Shown: positions 16,458 to 27,603 of the stretch, piece by piece | How the letters are laid out: every line of letters begins with the position of its first letter | Position numbering within the stretch: position 1 is the first letter of the stretch | Source: Treponema brennaborense | GTDB lineage: Bacteria; Spirochaetota; Spirochaetia; Treponematales; Treponemataceae | Length of the DNA stretch: 64,000 nucleotides | Direction of reading: 5' to 3' | Assembly: GCA_023666275.1 (NCBI GenBank) | Contig: JAMPCJ010000006.1 | Span: 17,976-81,975 of the forward strand | The notes under the pieces: model-generated | Told to the model about the DNA's origin: nothing | The model's input: only the letters and a program-made list of their open reading frames with translations | The model's database searches: none | Made by a program: the position numbers and the translations under genes

Positions 16458-19400
16458 ATGATAATAAAAAATACCCTGTCCGCGGATAAAATGAAACCGG
16501 TAAAAAAAACAATAGCCATAGTCGCAGTTATTCTCTTGCTTGTTGTCGGTTTTGTCTGTCTTCAGCCGGTTTACGACGCTGCTGCCGTTGTGTTCCATGA
16601 AAAAAAAGCAGACGTTTTGCGGCAGATTGAACAGACTTTCGGGCTGTCTGTTTCCGTCGGAACAATGTCGCCGTCTATATTATCATCTTTGCGGCTTTCC
16701 CGTATAGATGTTGCCGACGCGCGGACAGGCGAAAAACTTGTTTCCGTAAAAAAAATTCGCTTCCGCTATCGAATTAGCCGGCTGCTGCTGCGCGATTTCG
16801 AACATGCTTTCGACGGACTTTTGCTGAGCGGCGTCGGTATTCGCTATGATATGAAAAAGGACAGCGAAAGCGCGCGGAAAATCGCCGCATTTGCGGCATC
16901 GCTGCGGAAAAACAATTCGGCGGAAAACACCGTTTCTTTCGCCGCGCCGGAACGGCATATCAGCCTTCCGTTCCCGATACGGATAAAAAATTTGTCCGCG
17001 GAACTGCGCGCCGATTCTTGCGCGCTGCTGCTTCGCTGCGGCTCCGTTTACGCGGGACCGGTCAGGCAGTCCCCCGATTTTCCGCGTTTTTCCGATGAAA
17101 ACTGCATATATGCGGAAACTTCCGGCAGATTTTCTTTCATTCCCGATACCGGCGCTTTTGACGGCATCGGCAATGCGCAGTGCGATTTTTCGGTAAAAAC
17201 GCTTATAACGCCGAATCTGAACGAAAGCACGGCGCGGTTTTCCGTGAATTATCTTGAAAATAAGGATTTTACGATTGTTCCGTTCGATGTTATCGGAAAA
17301 TACAACGCAGACGCGCTTGTGTTCCGCGTTTTTTTCGAAGACGCGCCGTTCGGTGCGGAATGCGTACTGAACACGGAAAAAAAACGCGCGGAAATATCGA
17401 TGCGCGCGGAGCAGTTTTATCCGTTTTCCGTTGCCGCGGTGAAAAAGCGGAACCATCCCGCGAATCTTTTCCGGGACAGCGTTATTTCCGGAAATTACGG
17501 GCTTTCGATTGCCAAAAACGCGGACGGTTCTGCCGCTGTCCGTTATCGTGCGGACGGGAACTTCTTGTTCCCGGGAGCGAAAAAAATTCCTTCTGCGCGT
17601 GCCGTTTATAATTTTTCCGGAACCGAAAAAAACATAAGCATAGCGTCGCTTGCCGCGGAATCCGATGCGGCGAAGCTTTCCTTCAGCGGATCGGTTAATA
17701 TTCCGCAAATGCAGCTGCAGGGCATTCTTGCCGTCGAAAAACTCACGCTGCCGAACGGAAATACATTGCAGACTTCCGTGTTTCTCGATCCGCTGGACAA
17801 AGGTTTTATGGGATTTATTCCCGAACTTCATCTGAAAGACAAAACGCTTACGGCGCTTCAGCTGGAAGTGGTTCCCAATGACGGTTCCGTAGACTGTTCG
17901 CTGGAAATGAGCGATTATTCGCATCCGGCTTTCGGGGAACCGGGCAAAGTGCTGCTGCGAGGCAGCTTTGTGCCGGATAAAAAAAACAGATTCGTGCAGG
18001 CGCAGGCGGAAATTCAGAATATGTTTTTGGATTCGCTTATAGATGCGGCTTCGTTTTTTGTCGGCGGAAAAACCGCGGCGAATTTATCCCGAAAAGCCGC
18101 GCGCATGGCGCCGTATATCATGAGCGGCGATTTGTATGCATCGAGCGATTTCCGTTCCGTATTGTATAATGTGCCTGTTGTATTTATCGCCAATACGGAA
18201 AAAGACGCGGAAATGCTTATTTTGTCTTTCGACGGCAATGAAACGGCGCTGCAAGTGTCGCGCTGCGATATATTGTATGCGCGGCAGTCCGTGAATATTG
18301 CGCTGCAAACCGATTTTTCGCCGGATTACCGCGACGCGTTTTTTTCCGGTTCCGTTTCCGTTAATTCGATTCCGTATTCGTTGTCCGGTTCCGTCGTCGG
18401 CGGAAAGTCGATCAGCGTTGCCGGAAATTACGGTTTTGATTTGACCGCGGAACTTGACGGCGAAGACCGCGTTTCCGGTTCGTTCCGTGTAGAAGCGCTG
18501 CCGTTTTATGCCGGAAAATATGTGCTGGCGTTTTCCGCAGACAGTTCGTTCCGGTTTAACTCCGCCGAGGACTGGTCCGCTGCGTTCAGCCGGCTGGAAC
18601 TGACAGAAGTTTCGGAATATTTTTCTTTGGAACCGGTATTTTCCTGCCGCGGAACGGCGGATCCGTTCGGCTGCATGTTTGAGGATATTGTTTATTCCGA
18701 CGCGGTTTCATTGGTAAACGGCACGGGATCCGTTATGTGGCAGTTTTCTCCCTCCTGTTTTGAATCGGCAAGCGCGGTTTTTTCGCTTTCCGACGGTTCT
18801 GTGCACGAAAAATATAATTTGGATGTCAGTGCCGCGAATCCCGAAAAAAAGACGTTTAAGGAAACCGACTGGCTGCGCGATATATACACGGTTGTTCATT
18901 TTTCTGCGGAAAAATCGCCGTCCGCGCGCTTTTTCAAAAGGCAGAGTGCGGAAAATACGATTTCCGCGGAAATTACGGCGCTCGGCACAATCGGAAATCC
19001 GGCGCTGACTGCCGCAATTTCCGATTCGTCGGTTGCATTCGGAAAAAATGCTTTGGAATTCCGCGCTGCGCTTGCGCTTGAAGACGGTTTTGTCACTGTT
19101 TCCGATGCTTCATGCGCGTACGCGGGACAAAAACTGCTGAATCCGGAATTATCATTTTACCTGCGGGATTTTTCCGGAATGTTTTCCGCGCAGTTCGAGG
19201 GGCATGCGGGAAAAAGCGCTGTTTCCGCGCCGATAACGCTGCAGTGTTCCGCCGCTTTGCCGGAAAAAACAAGCGTCATGCCTTTCAGCGTGCGCGAAAT
19301 AGCCGTGCCGTCCGATATATCATTCACGCTGACGCTTCCGCACGTTATTTACGGCGAATCCGCATTTGCCGGTCCGTATACTTGTTCCGTAAATAAATCC

Positions 19401-20984
19401 GCGGAAAGGCTCGATATTTCTGCCTTGGACGAACAGGTTTCGGGCTTTTGTCTTGCGGACGGGCTTGTTATGCTGCGTGCGGATCCGTCGCTTCCGGTTT
19501 CGTTTCTGCTTGCGGGAAGCATCGCCGAAGGCGTATTCGATATATCGGTGGAAGACGTTGCCGTCGATTTGTCGATTCTGGACACATTGCTCAAAACACC
19601 CTACGCGGCAATATCCGGCGGAACCGCTGCCGGAAAATTCCGTTTGGACGGCGTTTTTTCCGATCCCGAATTTTCCGGCAAACTGACGGCGAAAAATGTT
19701 TTGTTTACCTGTCCCGAATATATTACGGAAATAGTCCGCGCGCCTGTTATCGAAATTATTGCCGAAAAAAACAGGATTTATTTTAAAGAAACCAGACTGA
19801 ATTCCGTCAGCCATTCCGGAGCGGTTTCCGTGGCGCTGGAACTGCTGCTGGACAGCTGGTCGTTTGAATCGCTGCAATTATGGATAGAAACGCTTGATAA
19901 TACTTTTTTGAAAGCGCGGGTCAATATTCCGCATTTGCAGGTTCTTGCGGACGGCGGCTGCAATCTGCATATTGCCGTGGAGCCGGAAACGGTGTTTGTT
20001 ACGGGCGCCGTTTTTGCCGAAAACGCGGAAGGCACTATCTCGCCGGGGCTGAGTCCCGATGACGATAAAGTCAAGGAATCCGTGATGTCTTCGGTGCTTG
20101 ATCTTGCCGTTACGATCGGGCAGCACGGAACGGTGTATTTTCCGACAAGGAACAACCCGATTATCCGCGCCCTTGTTGCGCCGCAGACTCCCGTGTTCGT
20201 TAAGCTTGATACTGCCGCCGATACGATTGACTTGCAGGGCGATCTTGTGCTGCGCGGCGGACAAATATCGTATTTGCGGCGCAATTTTATCATGCGGGAG
20301 GGGCGGCTTGTCCTGAAAGAACGGACGATGGAACTGGATCCGCGCATTACCGTCCGTGCCGAAATGCGTGAGCGCGACACCGACGGCAATCTTGTCCGCA
20401 TTATTTTGTCCGCGCTGAATCAGCCGCTGTCCGAATTTTCGCCGCATTTTTCCGCGGAACCCGCAAAATCGGAAAACGAAATAATGACCATGCTGGGCGA
20501 AAATATTTCCGATAATTTCGCCGGCGGCGCGTTCGGGCAGCAGATTATTGCGGGACTGCTTGATTACGGAATTCAGACAACGGTGCTCCGCCGTGTGGAA
20601 AACGGATTGCGCGAAAAGCTTAATCTTGATATATTTTCCATGCGGACAACGATTCTTCAAAACGCTATGAAGCAGTATTTTGATACAGATTCCCGGTCCG
20701 ATAAAATTTCATTCAGTAACTTTATTGATGATTCGACTGTTTACATAGGTAAATATTTCAGAAACACATTGTACGCCGATGCGCTGCTGCATTTGCTGTA
20801 CGATGAGTCAAGACAGAAAAATGACAGCAATAAATACGGTTTGTATTTGCAGCCTGAAATAGGTTTTGAAATGGAAAGTCCGTTCGCAACTATCAGATGG
20901 AATATAGCTCCGGAAACGAGCATCGGTGAAAGCTGCTGGATTCCGTATACTTCAATCAGTTTGTCATGGAAATTTTCTTTTTGA
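16458..20984 (+). CDS. tamB: TamB/AsmA-like translocation and assembly module protein (about 1500 aa)
   Basis: N-terminal membrane anchor. Very large beta-rich protein immediately upstream of bamA, as in other spirochetes. The start is placed at MIIKNTL; an alternative is the ATG at 16491. Confidence 0.55.
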   Translation: MIIKNTLSADKMKPVKKTIAIVAVILLLVVGFVCLQPVYDAAAVVFHEKKADVLRQIEQTFGLSVSVGTMSPSILSSLRLSRIDVADARTGEKLVSVKKIRFRYRISRLLLRDFEHAFDGLLLSGVGIRYDMKKDSESARKIAAFAASLRKNNSAENTVSFAAPERHISLPFPIRIKNLSAELRADSCALLLRCGSVYAGPVRQSPDFPRFSDENCIYAETSGRFSFIPDTGAFDGIGNAQCDFSVKTLITPNLNESTARFSVNYLENKDFTIVPFDVIGKYNADALVFRVFFEDAPFGAECVLNTEKKRAEISMRAEQFYPFSVAAVKKRNHPANLFRDSVISGNYGLSIAKNADGSAAVRYRADGNFLFPGAKKIPSARAVYNFSGTEKNISIASLAAESDAAKLSFSGSVNIPQMQLQGILAVEKLTLPNGNTLQTSVFLDPLDKGFMGFIPELHLKDKTLTALQLEVVPNDGSVDCSLEMSDYSHPAFGEPGKVLLRGSFVPDKKNRFVQAQAEIQNMFLDSLIDAASFFVGGKTAANLSRKAARMAPYIMSGDLYASSDFRSVLYNVPVVFIANTEKDAEMLILSFDGNETALQVSRCDILYARQSVNIALQTDFSPDYRDAFFSGSVSVNSIPYSLSGSVVGGKSISVAGNYGFDLTAELDGEDRVSGSFRVEALPFYAGKYVLAFSADSSFRFNSAEDWSAAFSRLELTEVSEYFSLEPVFSCRGTADPFGCMFEDIVYSDAVSLVNGTGSVMWQFSPSCFESASAVFSLSDGSVHEKYNLDVSAANPEKKTFKETDWLRDIYTVVHFSAEKSPSARFFKRQSAENTISAEITALGTIGNPALTAAISDSSVAFGKNALEFRAALALEDGFVTVSDASCAYAGQKLLNPELSFYLRDFSGMFSAQFEGHAGKSAVSAPITLQCSAALPEKTSVMPFSVREIAVPSDISFTLTLPHVIYGESAFAGPYTCSVNKSAERLDISALDEQVSGFCLADGLVMLRADPSLPVSFLLAGSIAEGVFDISVEDVAVDLSILDTLLKTPYAAISGGTAAGKFRLDGVFSDPEFSGKLTAKNVLFTCPEYITEIVRAPVIEIIAEKNRIYFKETRLNSVSHSGAVSVALELLLDSWSFESLQLWIETLDNTFLKARVNIPHLQVLADGGCNLHIAVEPETVFVTGAVFAENAEGTISPGLSPDDDKVKESVMSSVLDLAVTIGQHGTVYFPTRNNPIIRALVAPQTPVFVKLDTAADTIDLQGDLVLRGGQISYLRRNFIMREGRLVLKERTMELDPRITVRAEMRERDTDGNLVRIILSALNQPLSEFSPHFSAEPAKSENEIMTMLGENISDNFAGGAFGQQIIAGLLDYGIQTTVLRRVENGLREKLNLDIFSMRTTILQNAMKQYFDTDSRSDKISFSNFIDDSTVYIGKYFRNTLYADALLHLLYDESRQKNDSNKYGLYLQPEIGFEMESPFATIRWNIAPETSIGESCWIPYTSISLSWKFSF

Positions 20985-21045
20985 CGGAGAAAAACTGCAT
21001 TCGGGCATTTTCTGTTTTCGGCGGTTTTGCAAGGGGAGTTTTTAT

Positions 21046-23457
21046 ATGCGCATAAAAAAAATATTCGGCGTCTGTTTTCTGTGTGCGGCGGTGTCTGTTT
21101 TTGCACAAACTTCGGACACCTGGTATTACGGAAAAATTCTGCGGGATATTACGTTCGAAGGACTTGAAAACGTAAAAAAGACAGACGTCAGCGCCGTAAC
21201 GGCAAAATATATCGGCAAACCGTTTTCCGATGAGCTGTATGCCGATTTATTGACGCGGCTGTACGCGCTTGAATATTTTGAAGACGATATTGTGCCGGTT
21301 GCGCTGCCCGCAGACGCGAAGCGCGAAAACGTTATCCTGAAATTCACCGTAAAAGAACTTCCTGTTGTCACCGGCATTAAATTCAGCGGGAATTCGCTGA
21401 TACGCAAAGCGGAACTGGAAGATGCCGTGCACGTGAAAGTCCGCGATATTTTCAATAGGGCAAAAGCAGCCGCCGACGAGCGGAATATCCGCGATTTGTA
21501 TTTGTCAAAAGGTTTTACCAACGTCAAAGTTTCTTTTTCCGAAGAACGCACCGAAGACGGAATCAAACTGAATTTTGTTATCGACGAAGGATATTCGACG
21601 GTCATCAAAACAATTCAGTTTGAAGGAAACCAGTTTGTTACGGACAAAACGCTGAAAGGAGAAATGGAGTTAAAAGAGATTTCTCTGTTTAATAAAGGAG
21701 CGTTTCAAGAAGCGCGGCTTGAAATGGACAAGCAGGCGGTGCTTGCGTATTATCAAAACCGCGGATATGCGGATGCCGCTATCCTCGATGTGCGCAGGGA
21801 TGTATTCAGAAACGAAGCGAAAAAACGCGAGGAACTTACGCTGACCTTTGTCGTAAGGGAAGGCGTGACGTATACGTATCAAGGCATTGCCATATCGGGC
21901 AATACGCTTTTTTCCACGGAAACCTTGACAAACCTTATAAAACTGAAACCCGGCAGCGTTTATAATCATGCCCGCGTTCAGGAAGGACTGATGGCTATTG
22001 CCGATTTGTATTATGAAAACGGATATACATCGAATCAGTTTATTCCGCAGACAGTAAAAGACGGCAAGCTGCATCAAATCGAATATACGCTGACAATTAT
22101 CGAACACAGCCGCAGCCATGTCGAAAGTATTATTTTGCGCGGAAACGTAAAAACAAAAGATTATGTCATACTGCGCGAAATGCCGGTTCAAAGCGGCGAT
22201 ATTTTTTCAAAGGCAAAAGTAACGACCGGCTTGCGCAATTTGTATAATACGCAGTTTTTTTCGACGATAGTGCCGGACATACAGCCGGGCTCGGAAAACA
22301 ATCTTGTCAATTTGATTTTGAATTTGGAAGAACAGTCCACGACATCAATCGAATTCGGCGTTACGTTTTCCGGTGTTCAGGAGCCGGGATCATGGCCTGT
22401 TTCGCTGTTTTTGAAATGGCAGGATTCCAATATATTCGGAAGCGGAAAAACCGTAGCCGCGAGCATTACCGCCTCTAAAGATACGCAGGCATTCGATTTG
22501 AGTTTCAGTGATTCATGGCTGTTTGGTCTGCCCGTTTCGTTTTCCATTGCGGCAGGCGTTGAACATACGCATTCGACGGCGCTGCAGAAAAAATATCTGC
22601 CGGGCGGCATCAATGTTACCGATTATTATTTCGATTATGAAGACTGGACCAATACGCTCAGCGTCAGTTTGGGGCGCCGCTGGATACCCGATTTTGCTAT
22701 ATTAAGCTGGACCGGCGGCATAAAATTTTCATTGCTCCGCGATATTTATGACACGGATTTGTATGTTCCCCTCGATTCCACGCTGAGCGAAAACAGTCAT
22801 GCCTGGGGAATCAGCAACTCGGTATGGACCGCCTTTTCCGTCGATAACCGCGATATAAATTACGATCCGTCTAAAGGGTGGTTCGCAAGCCAGCGTCTGA
22901 CCTGGACGGGACTGCTGCCGGTTGAAAGCCAGTATTTCCTGCGCTCCGATACAAAGCTCGAAGGCTATCTTACGCTGCTTGATTTTCCCGTTACGAAAAC
23001 ATACAACTTGAAATTTGTTCTTTCCGCCTATTCGGGACTGTCGTTCCTTGTTCCGACTCCGAATACAAAACTTTCTTCTACCAACAAGCTGTATATCGAC
23101 GGCATGTTTAACGGGCGCGGCTGGACCACTATTTATAAAACAAAAGGTCAGGCAATGTGGAGCAATATCATTGAGCTGCGCTGTCCTGTCGTAAAAGGCG
23201 TGCTGTCCGCCGATTTCTTTTTCGATGCTGTCGCGCTGAAGTCCAAAGCCGCGGAAGTGTGGAGCAGTCTGACTCTGAATGATTTTTATTTCAGCTTCGG
23301 GCCGGGATTCCGCTTTACTATCCCGCAGTTCCCGCTGCGCTTTTTGTTTGCGAACACATTCCGCATTCAAGACGGCGAGTTTTTATGGCAGGGAAAAGAA
23401 TCCGGAAGCGGTCCCGAATGGCAGTTTGTATTGTCCTTTAATCTTACGAATAAATAA
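21046..23457 (+). CDS. bamA: outer membrane protein assembly factor BamA (Omp85 family)
   Basis: Signal peptide, repeated POTRA-like modules and a C-terminal Omp85 beta-barrel. AAGGGGAG RBS. Confidence 0.8.
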   Translation: MRIKKIFGVCFLCAAVSVFAQTSDTWYYGKILRDITFEGLENVKKTDVSAVTAKYIGKPFSDELYADLLTRLYALEYFEDDIVPVALPADAKRENVILKFTVKELPVVTGIKFSGNSLIRKAELEDAVHVKVRDIFNRAKAAADERNIRDLYLSKGFTNVKVSFSEERTEDGIKLNFVIDEGYSTVIKTIQFEGNQFVTDKTLKGEMELKEISLFNKGAFQEARLEMDKQAVLAYYQNRGYADAAILDVRRDVFRNEAKKREELTLTFVVREGVTYTYQGIAISGNTLFSTETLTNLIKLKPGSVYNHARVQEGLMAIADLYYENGYTSNQFIPQTVKDGKLHQIEYTLTIIEHSRSHVESIILRGNVKTKDYVILREMPVQSGDIFSKAKVTTGLRNLYNTQFFSTIVPDIQPGSENNLVNLILNLEEQSTTSIEFGVTFSGVQEPGSWPVSLFLKWQDSNIFGSGKTVAASITASKDTQAFDLSFSDSWLFGLPVSFSIAAGVEHTHSTALQKKYLPGGINVTDYYFDYEDWTNTLSVSLGRRWIPDFAILSWTGGIKFSLLRDIYDTDLYVPLDSTLSENSHAWGISNSVWTAFSVDNRDINYDPSKGWFASQRLTWTGLLPVESQYFLRSDTKLEGYLTLLDFPVTKTYNLKFVLSAYSGLSFLVPTPNTKLSSTNKLYIDGMFNGRGWTTIYKTKGQAMWSNIIELRCPVVKGVLSADFFFDAVALKSKAAEVWSSLTLNDFYFSFGPGFRFTIPQFPLRFLFANTFRIQDGEFLWQGKESGSGPEWQFVLSFNLTNK

Positions 23458-23491
23458 CATCAAAAATGTTTGATTGCATAGGAGTGTCGGT

Positions 23492-24013
23492 ATGAAGAAG
23501 TATATCGCTGTTGTAATAACGTGTATGATTCCTTTTTGCGTGCTGCATGCGCAGCAGCAGATAACACGGTTCGGCGTTGTCGATACATCGAAAGTGTTCA
23601 CTACGTATTTCCGGGAATCTTCGGCAGTGCGGAACTACGAAAACAAAAAGACCGAATTTCAGGCGGAAATAAACCGCCAGACGGAAGCCTTGAAAAAACT
23701 TCAGCTGAAAAAAGCGGAATATGCGAAAAACGGCGATTCCGCTGCGGAACTGCGGACAGATACGGAAATAACCAAAAAAGCGGAGTTTTTGTCCGAATAT
23801 ACGCGCGCAAAAAATTACGAACTCGAAACCATAAAAAAGAAACTTTCCGCGTCCGATGATTTTTACGGCAATTTATACGACGTGATAGGCAGAATTGCGG
23901 AGGCAGAAGGATACAGCATGATTTTAAGCCTTCAGCAGGCAAATACCATTTTGTGGTACAGCCCGACGGTCGATATAACGGATAAAGTGATAAGCCGCCT
24001 CAATTTGCAGTAA
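23492..24013 (+). CDS. OmpH/Skp-like periplasmic chaperone
   Basis: Signal peptide and a coiled-coil-rich ~170-aa protein directly downstream of bamA. Confidence 0.55.
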   Translation: MKKYIAVVITCMIPFCVLHAQQQITRFGVVDTSKVFTTYFRESSAVRNYENKKTEFQAEINRQTEALKKLQLKKAEYAKNGDSAAELRTDTEITKKAEFLSEYTRAKNYELETIKKKLSASDDFYGNLYDVIGRIAEAEGYSMILSLQQANTILWYSPTVDITDKVISRLNLQ

Positions 24014-24160
24014 GCGCTTCTGCGTTTTGCCGCCGCAGTGTTTTTGCCGGCATAATAAAAGCGTTCCGACGATGCCCGCCGTGCGCATGACGCGAGTTTT
24101 GCGGGGCGGACGGAACGCGCATGCCAAAAAATGCTTCCGCAGACAACTGCATTGCTTTTG

Positions 24161-24670
24161 TTACGAAAAATCCCGCGGTTTTTCTTGTTCCCTGCGCTGA
24201 TTTATCTGCGATTCCAATGTGTCATGAAGCGTTTCAAAGCGCTTTTTGTTGTCATCCGATAATTCCATAAGATTTTCGTGGGCATCGAGAATATCTTCCG
24301 CGCTCGTGTTTGCCGCTGTGCATTCCGTCAAATTGTCCGGAAACGGCACCGCGGGCGAATCCGTATCGAACAGGCTGAAAACTCCCATAAACACGAGCAA
24401 ATCCTTGCACTGCGGCTGAATGTTTTGCAGATGCACTTTGTTTCCGGATATTTTTTTCAGTTTTTTATTTATTCCCACAAGCGCGCCGATAAAAGTCGAA
24501 TCCATGTACGTACATTCGCTCAAATCGACATATACCATTGCGCTGCTTTCCGCATTCTGCGAATCCAGCTTCCCGAAAATCGTCTTTTTCAATTCCGAGC
24601 AGTATTGGGCTGTAATATGCCCCGCGGCGCTGATGTACATGTCATTGTTGTTTTCCGAGAATCGAATCAT
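24161..24670 (-). CDS. STAS-domain protein (anti-sigma-factor antagonist-like)
   Basis: SpoIIAA-like STAS pattern (VYVDLSECTYMDSTFIGALVGI). Confidence 0.55.
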   Translation of the reverse strand: MIRFSENNNDMYISAAGHITAQYCSELKKTIFGKLDSQNAESSAMVYVDLSECTYMDSTFIGALVGINKKLKKISGNKVHLQNIQPQCKDLLVFMGVFSLFDTDSPAVPFPDNLTECTAANTSAEDILDAHENLMELSDDNKKRFETLHDTLESQINQRREQEKPRDFS

Positions 24671-24709
24671 GCTTGTATTTTATACCTGTTTTTTTTATAA
24701 TGCAATAAA

Positions 24710-27358
24710 ATGAATGAAATATCTCCGCTGATGGCTCAGTACAGAGCAATAAAAGAGCAGTACAAAGATGAAGTGCTTTTTTTCCGTCTCGGCGATTTTT
24801 ATGAAATGTTTGACGAAGATGCGCTTGAAATATCACGTCTGCTGAATCTGACATTAACGCACCGCGCGGGAAATCCCATGTGCGGAGTTCCGTATCATTC
24901 CGCGGGAAGCTATATCGGCCGTTTGCTTCGTTTCGGGAAAAAAATCGCAGTTTGCGAACAAGTCGGCATGCCTTCCGGAAAAGGACTTGCGGAACGCAAA
25001 GTTGTGGAAGTAATTACGCCGGGAACTGCGGTTGAAGAAGAATATCTCGATCAGGGCGTACATAATTATCTCGCCGCCGTCTGCCCCGTAAGCCGCGCTC
25101 ATGCGGATGCAGTGATTGCTTTTTCGTATATCGATGTGTCGACCGGCGCTTTTTTTGCCGCAAGCTGGAACGCAAACGACATGCGCGAACAGTTTGCGCG
25201 GGAAATAGGCCGCGTGCAGCCGCGCGAAATTCTGCTTGCCGAATCATTGCGCAATAATCCCGATGCCGCCCAGATTTTGTCGGAACAAAGCGGCTGTACC
25301 GTGTCGTATTATCCGGACTGGCATTTTTCCGCGGATTTGGCATATAAGCGGCTGCTGCACCAGTTCGGCACGGTAAATTTGCGGGCATTTTCTTTGACGG
25401 AACACTCGCCGGAAATAGTGCCCGCCGGATTTCTGCTGGAATATCTTGCAAAAACCGCCATGCAGGGCGGAACGCAGCAGGATGTTCTGCCGCATGTCAT
25501 GACGCTGAAAGTTTACTGCGATTCCGAATTTCTCATAATAGACGAATCTTCGCGGCGCAATCTCGAAATATCGGCGAATTTGCATGACGGTTCGGTGCGC
25601 TACAGTTTGCTTGAGACCGTTAATTACACCGTTACCCCGATGGGGAACAGGTGCATCCGCTCCTGGCTTTTGCATCCGCTGACGGATCCTGCGCGCATAC
25701 GGAAACGGCAGTCGCAGGTGGAGCTGCTTTTTTCGCGCCCGAACCGCCTGCGGCAGCTGCGGGATTCTTTGAAGCCTATTCTGGATATAGAACGTCTTGC
25801 GGGGCGCATAGCCATGGAGCGCGCTCATGCAAAAGATTTGCAGGCGCTGCGTCAAAGTCTGGAAGCGGCTGTTTCCGTGCTGATGACTGCAGAACAGTTG
25901 CAGCTGCTTCATAGCATGGAAATCGATGCAGCGTCGCAGATAGCGGACCTTATAAAGCACTCTGTTTTGGAAGATCCCTCCACCAGTTTGACAGAAGGAC
26001 GGCTCATAAAACCCGGATATTCGGCGGAACTCGATCGGCTTCATCAGATTCATGATAATTTCAACGCCGTATTGAATGCATATCTCGAAGAAGAAAAAGA
26101 AAAAACCGGCATTCAGAACCTGAAAATACGCAGCAACAGGCTGATCGGGTATTATCTTGAAGTTTCGCGGGGAAAACTTGAGAACGTTCCCGCGCATTTT
26201 ATGCTGCGCCGCTCTTTGGTAAACGGCGACCGCTATTCTACGGAACGACTGCAGGAACTGGAGCATGAACTGCTTGACGCCGGAGAAAAAATAATAGCAA
26301 AAGAACACGACCTTTTTATCGAAATACGCTCGAAAATTGCGGAACGCGTTCCGTATTTGCTCGATATTGCTTCGGAAATTGCTCATATCGATGTGTACGC
26401 GTCATTTGCCCAGGCCGCGGCGCTGCATAACTGGGTTTGTCCCGAAATCGAAGAAGAAAGCGTATTTGAAATAGAAAAAGGAAGACATCCGGTTGTCGAA
26501 ATGCATCTTCCGCCGGGGAAATTTATTCCGAATGATGCCGATTTGTGCCGAAAACCGTTCGCGCTCATAACCGGACCGAATATGGCAGGCAAAAGCACGT
26601 ACCTCAGGCAAAATGCGCTTATTGTTGTGCTTGCGCAGACCGGATCGTTTGTTCCGGCGGCAAAAGCCCGCCTCGGCATTGCCGATCGTGTTTTCTGCCG
26701 AGTAGGGGCATCCGACAATTTGGCGCGCGGCGAATCGACATTTCTTGTGGAAATGGCGGAAACAGCGCACATTCTGCATTCCGCAACGGAAAAAAGCCTT
26801 GTCATCATGGATGAAATCGGCCGCGGAACTTCGACCGAAGACGGACTTTCCATAGCCTGGGCTGTTTCGGAATATCTTTTGAACACGGTGAAGTCGAAAA
26901 CGTTTTTCGCGACGCACTATCATGAATTATCGCGTTTGGAACATCCGGCTTTGCAGCAGTTATGTCTTGATGTTCTTGAAGAAGACGGGCAGATTGTGTT
27001 TTTGAAGCAGATAAAACAGGGAGCGTCCGCAAGCTCTTACGGACTGCATGTCGCAAAACTTGCGGGCATTCCGGAAACCGTTATATCCCGCGCGTATGAA
27101 ATCCTGAAAACGCTGTGCAGAATCGTTCCTTATACGGATAACGGTGCCGCTGCGGAAAATCCCCGCTCCGAATTGCCTGATTCTCCGCAAAGCGCCGCGC
27201 CGCGTTCGCTTCGGGAAACGGATGCGCCATCGCTTTTTGACGAAGAAGAATTGGTGATTGATGCAATTCTTTCTACCGAAACAGACAGCATTACGCCGCT
27301 TGAAGCGCTGCAGAAAATCGCCGAATGGAAAAAAACGCTTTCCCAAAAAAGCCGATGA
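24710..27358 (+). CDS. mutS: DNA mismatch repair protein MutS
   Basis: Mismatch-binding N-terminal domain (GDFYEMFDEDA), Walker A GPNMAGKST and TH(Y/F)HEL motifs. Confidence 0.95.
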   Translation: MNEISPLMAQYRAIKEQYKDEVLFFRLGDFYEMFDEDALEISRLLNLTLTHRAGNPMCGVPYHSAGSYIGRLLRFGKKIAVCEQVGMPSGKGLAERKVVEVITPGTAVEEEYLDQGVHNYLAAVCPVSRAHADAVIAFSYIDVSTGAFFAASWNANDMREQFAREIGRVQPREILLAESLRNNPDAAQILSEQSGCTVSYYPDWHFSADLAYKRLLHQFGTVNLRAFSLTEHSPEIVPAGFLLEYLAKTAMQGGTQQDVLPHVMTLKVYCDSEFLIIDESSRRNLEISANLHDGSVRYSLLETVNYTVTPMGNRCIRSWLLHPLTDPARIRKRQSQVELLFSRPNRLRQLRDSLKPILDIERLAGRIAMERAHAKDLQALRQSLEAAVSVLMTAEQLQLLHSMEIDAASQIADLIKHSVLEDPSTSLTEGRLIKPGYSAELDRLHQIHDNFNAVLNAYLEEEKEKTGIQNLKIRSNRLIGYYLEVSRGKLENVPAHFMLRRSLVNGDRYSTERLQELEHELLDAGEKIIAKEHDLFIEIRSKIAERVPYLLDIASEIAHIDVYASFAQAAALHNWVCPEIEEESVFEIEKGRHPVVEMHLPPGKFIPNDADLCRKPFALITGPNMAGKSTYLRQNALIVVLAQTGSFVPAAKARLGIADRVFCRVGASDNLARGESTFLVEMAETAHILHSATEKSLVIMDEIGRGTSTEDGLSIAWAVSEYLLNTVKSKTFFATHYHELSRLEHPALQQLCLDVLEEDGQIVFLKQIKQGASASSYGLHVAKLAGIPETVISRAYEILKTLCRIVPYTDNGAAAENPRSELPDSPQSAAPRSLRETDAPSLFDEEELVIDAILSTETDSITPLEALQKIAEWKKTLSQKSR

Positions 27359-27380
27359 GTGCGTATATGCATAAATGCTT

Positions 27381-27416
27381 TTGCGCGGGACGCGGCAGGG
27401 CAGCCTGCGCAAAACA
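27381..27416. terminator. bidirectional hairpin between mutS and tRNA-Pro
   Basis: ttttgcgcgg...ctgcgcaaaa inverted repeat. Confidence 0.4.
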
Positions 27417-27419
27417 AAT

Positions 27420-27492
27420 TCGGAATGGAGGGATTTGAACCCACGACATCCTGCTCCCAAAGCAGGCGCGCTACCGGCTGCGCTACATTCCG
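27420..27492 (-). tRNA. tRNA-Pro (anticodon TGG)
   Basis: Cloverleaf with anticodon loop CTTTGGGAG and T-arm GGTTCAAATCC. CCA is not encoded. Confidence 0.9.
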
Positions 27493-27603
27493 CAATGGAA
27501 ATCATGGTATCAGATAACGTTTTTTATGTCAAAGCCGCAAAATACGAAAAATAATCCGCATATAAAACGGGATATTTTTGCCGTTTCATGCTATATTTTT
27601 TAT

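Noticed and set aside
15151-16512. 453-aa minus-strand ORF, extremely Arg-rich
   Set aside because: Only the last 201 codons (15151..15756, signal-peptide protein) look real. The upstream part runs through tmk in another frame with nonsense R/K-rich composition.
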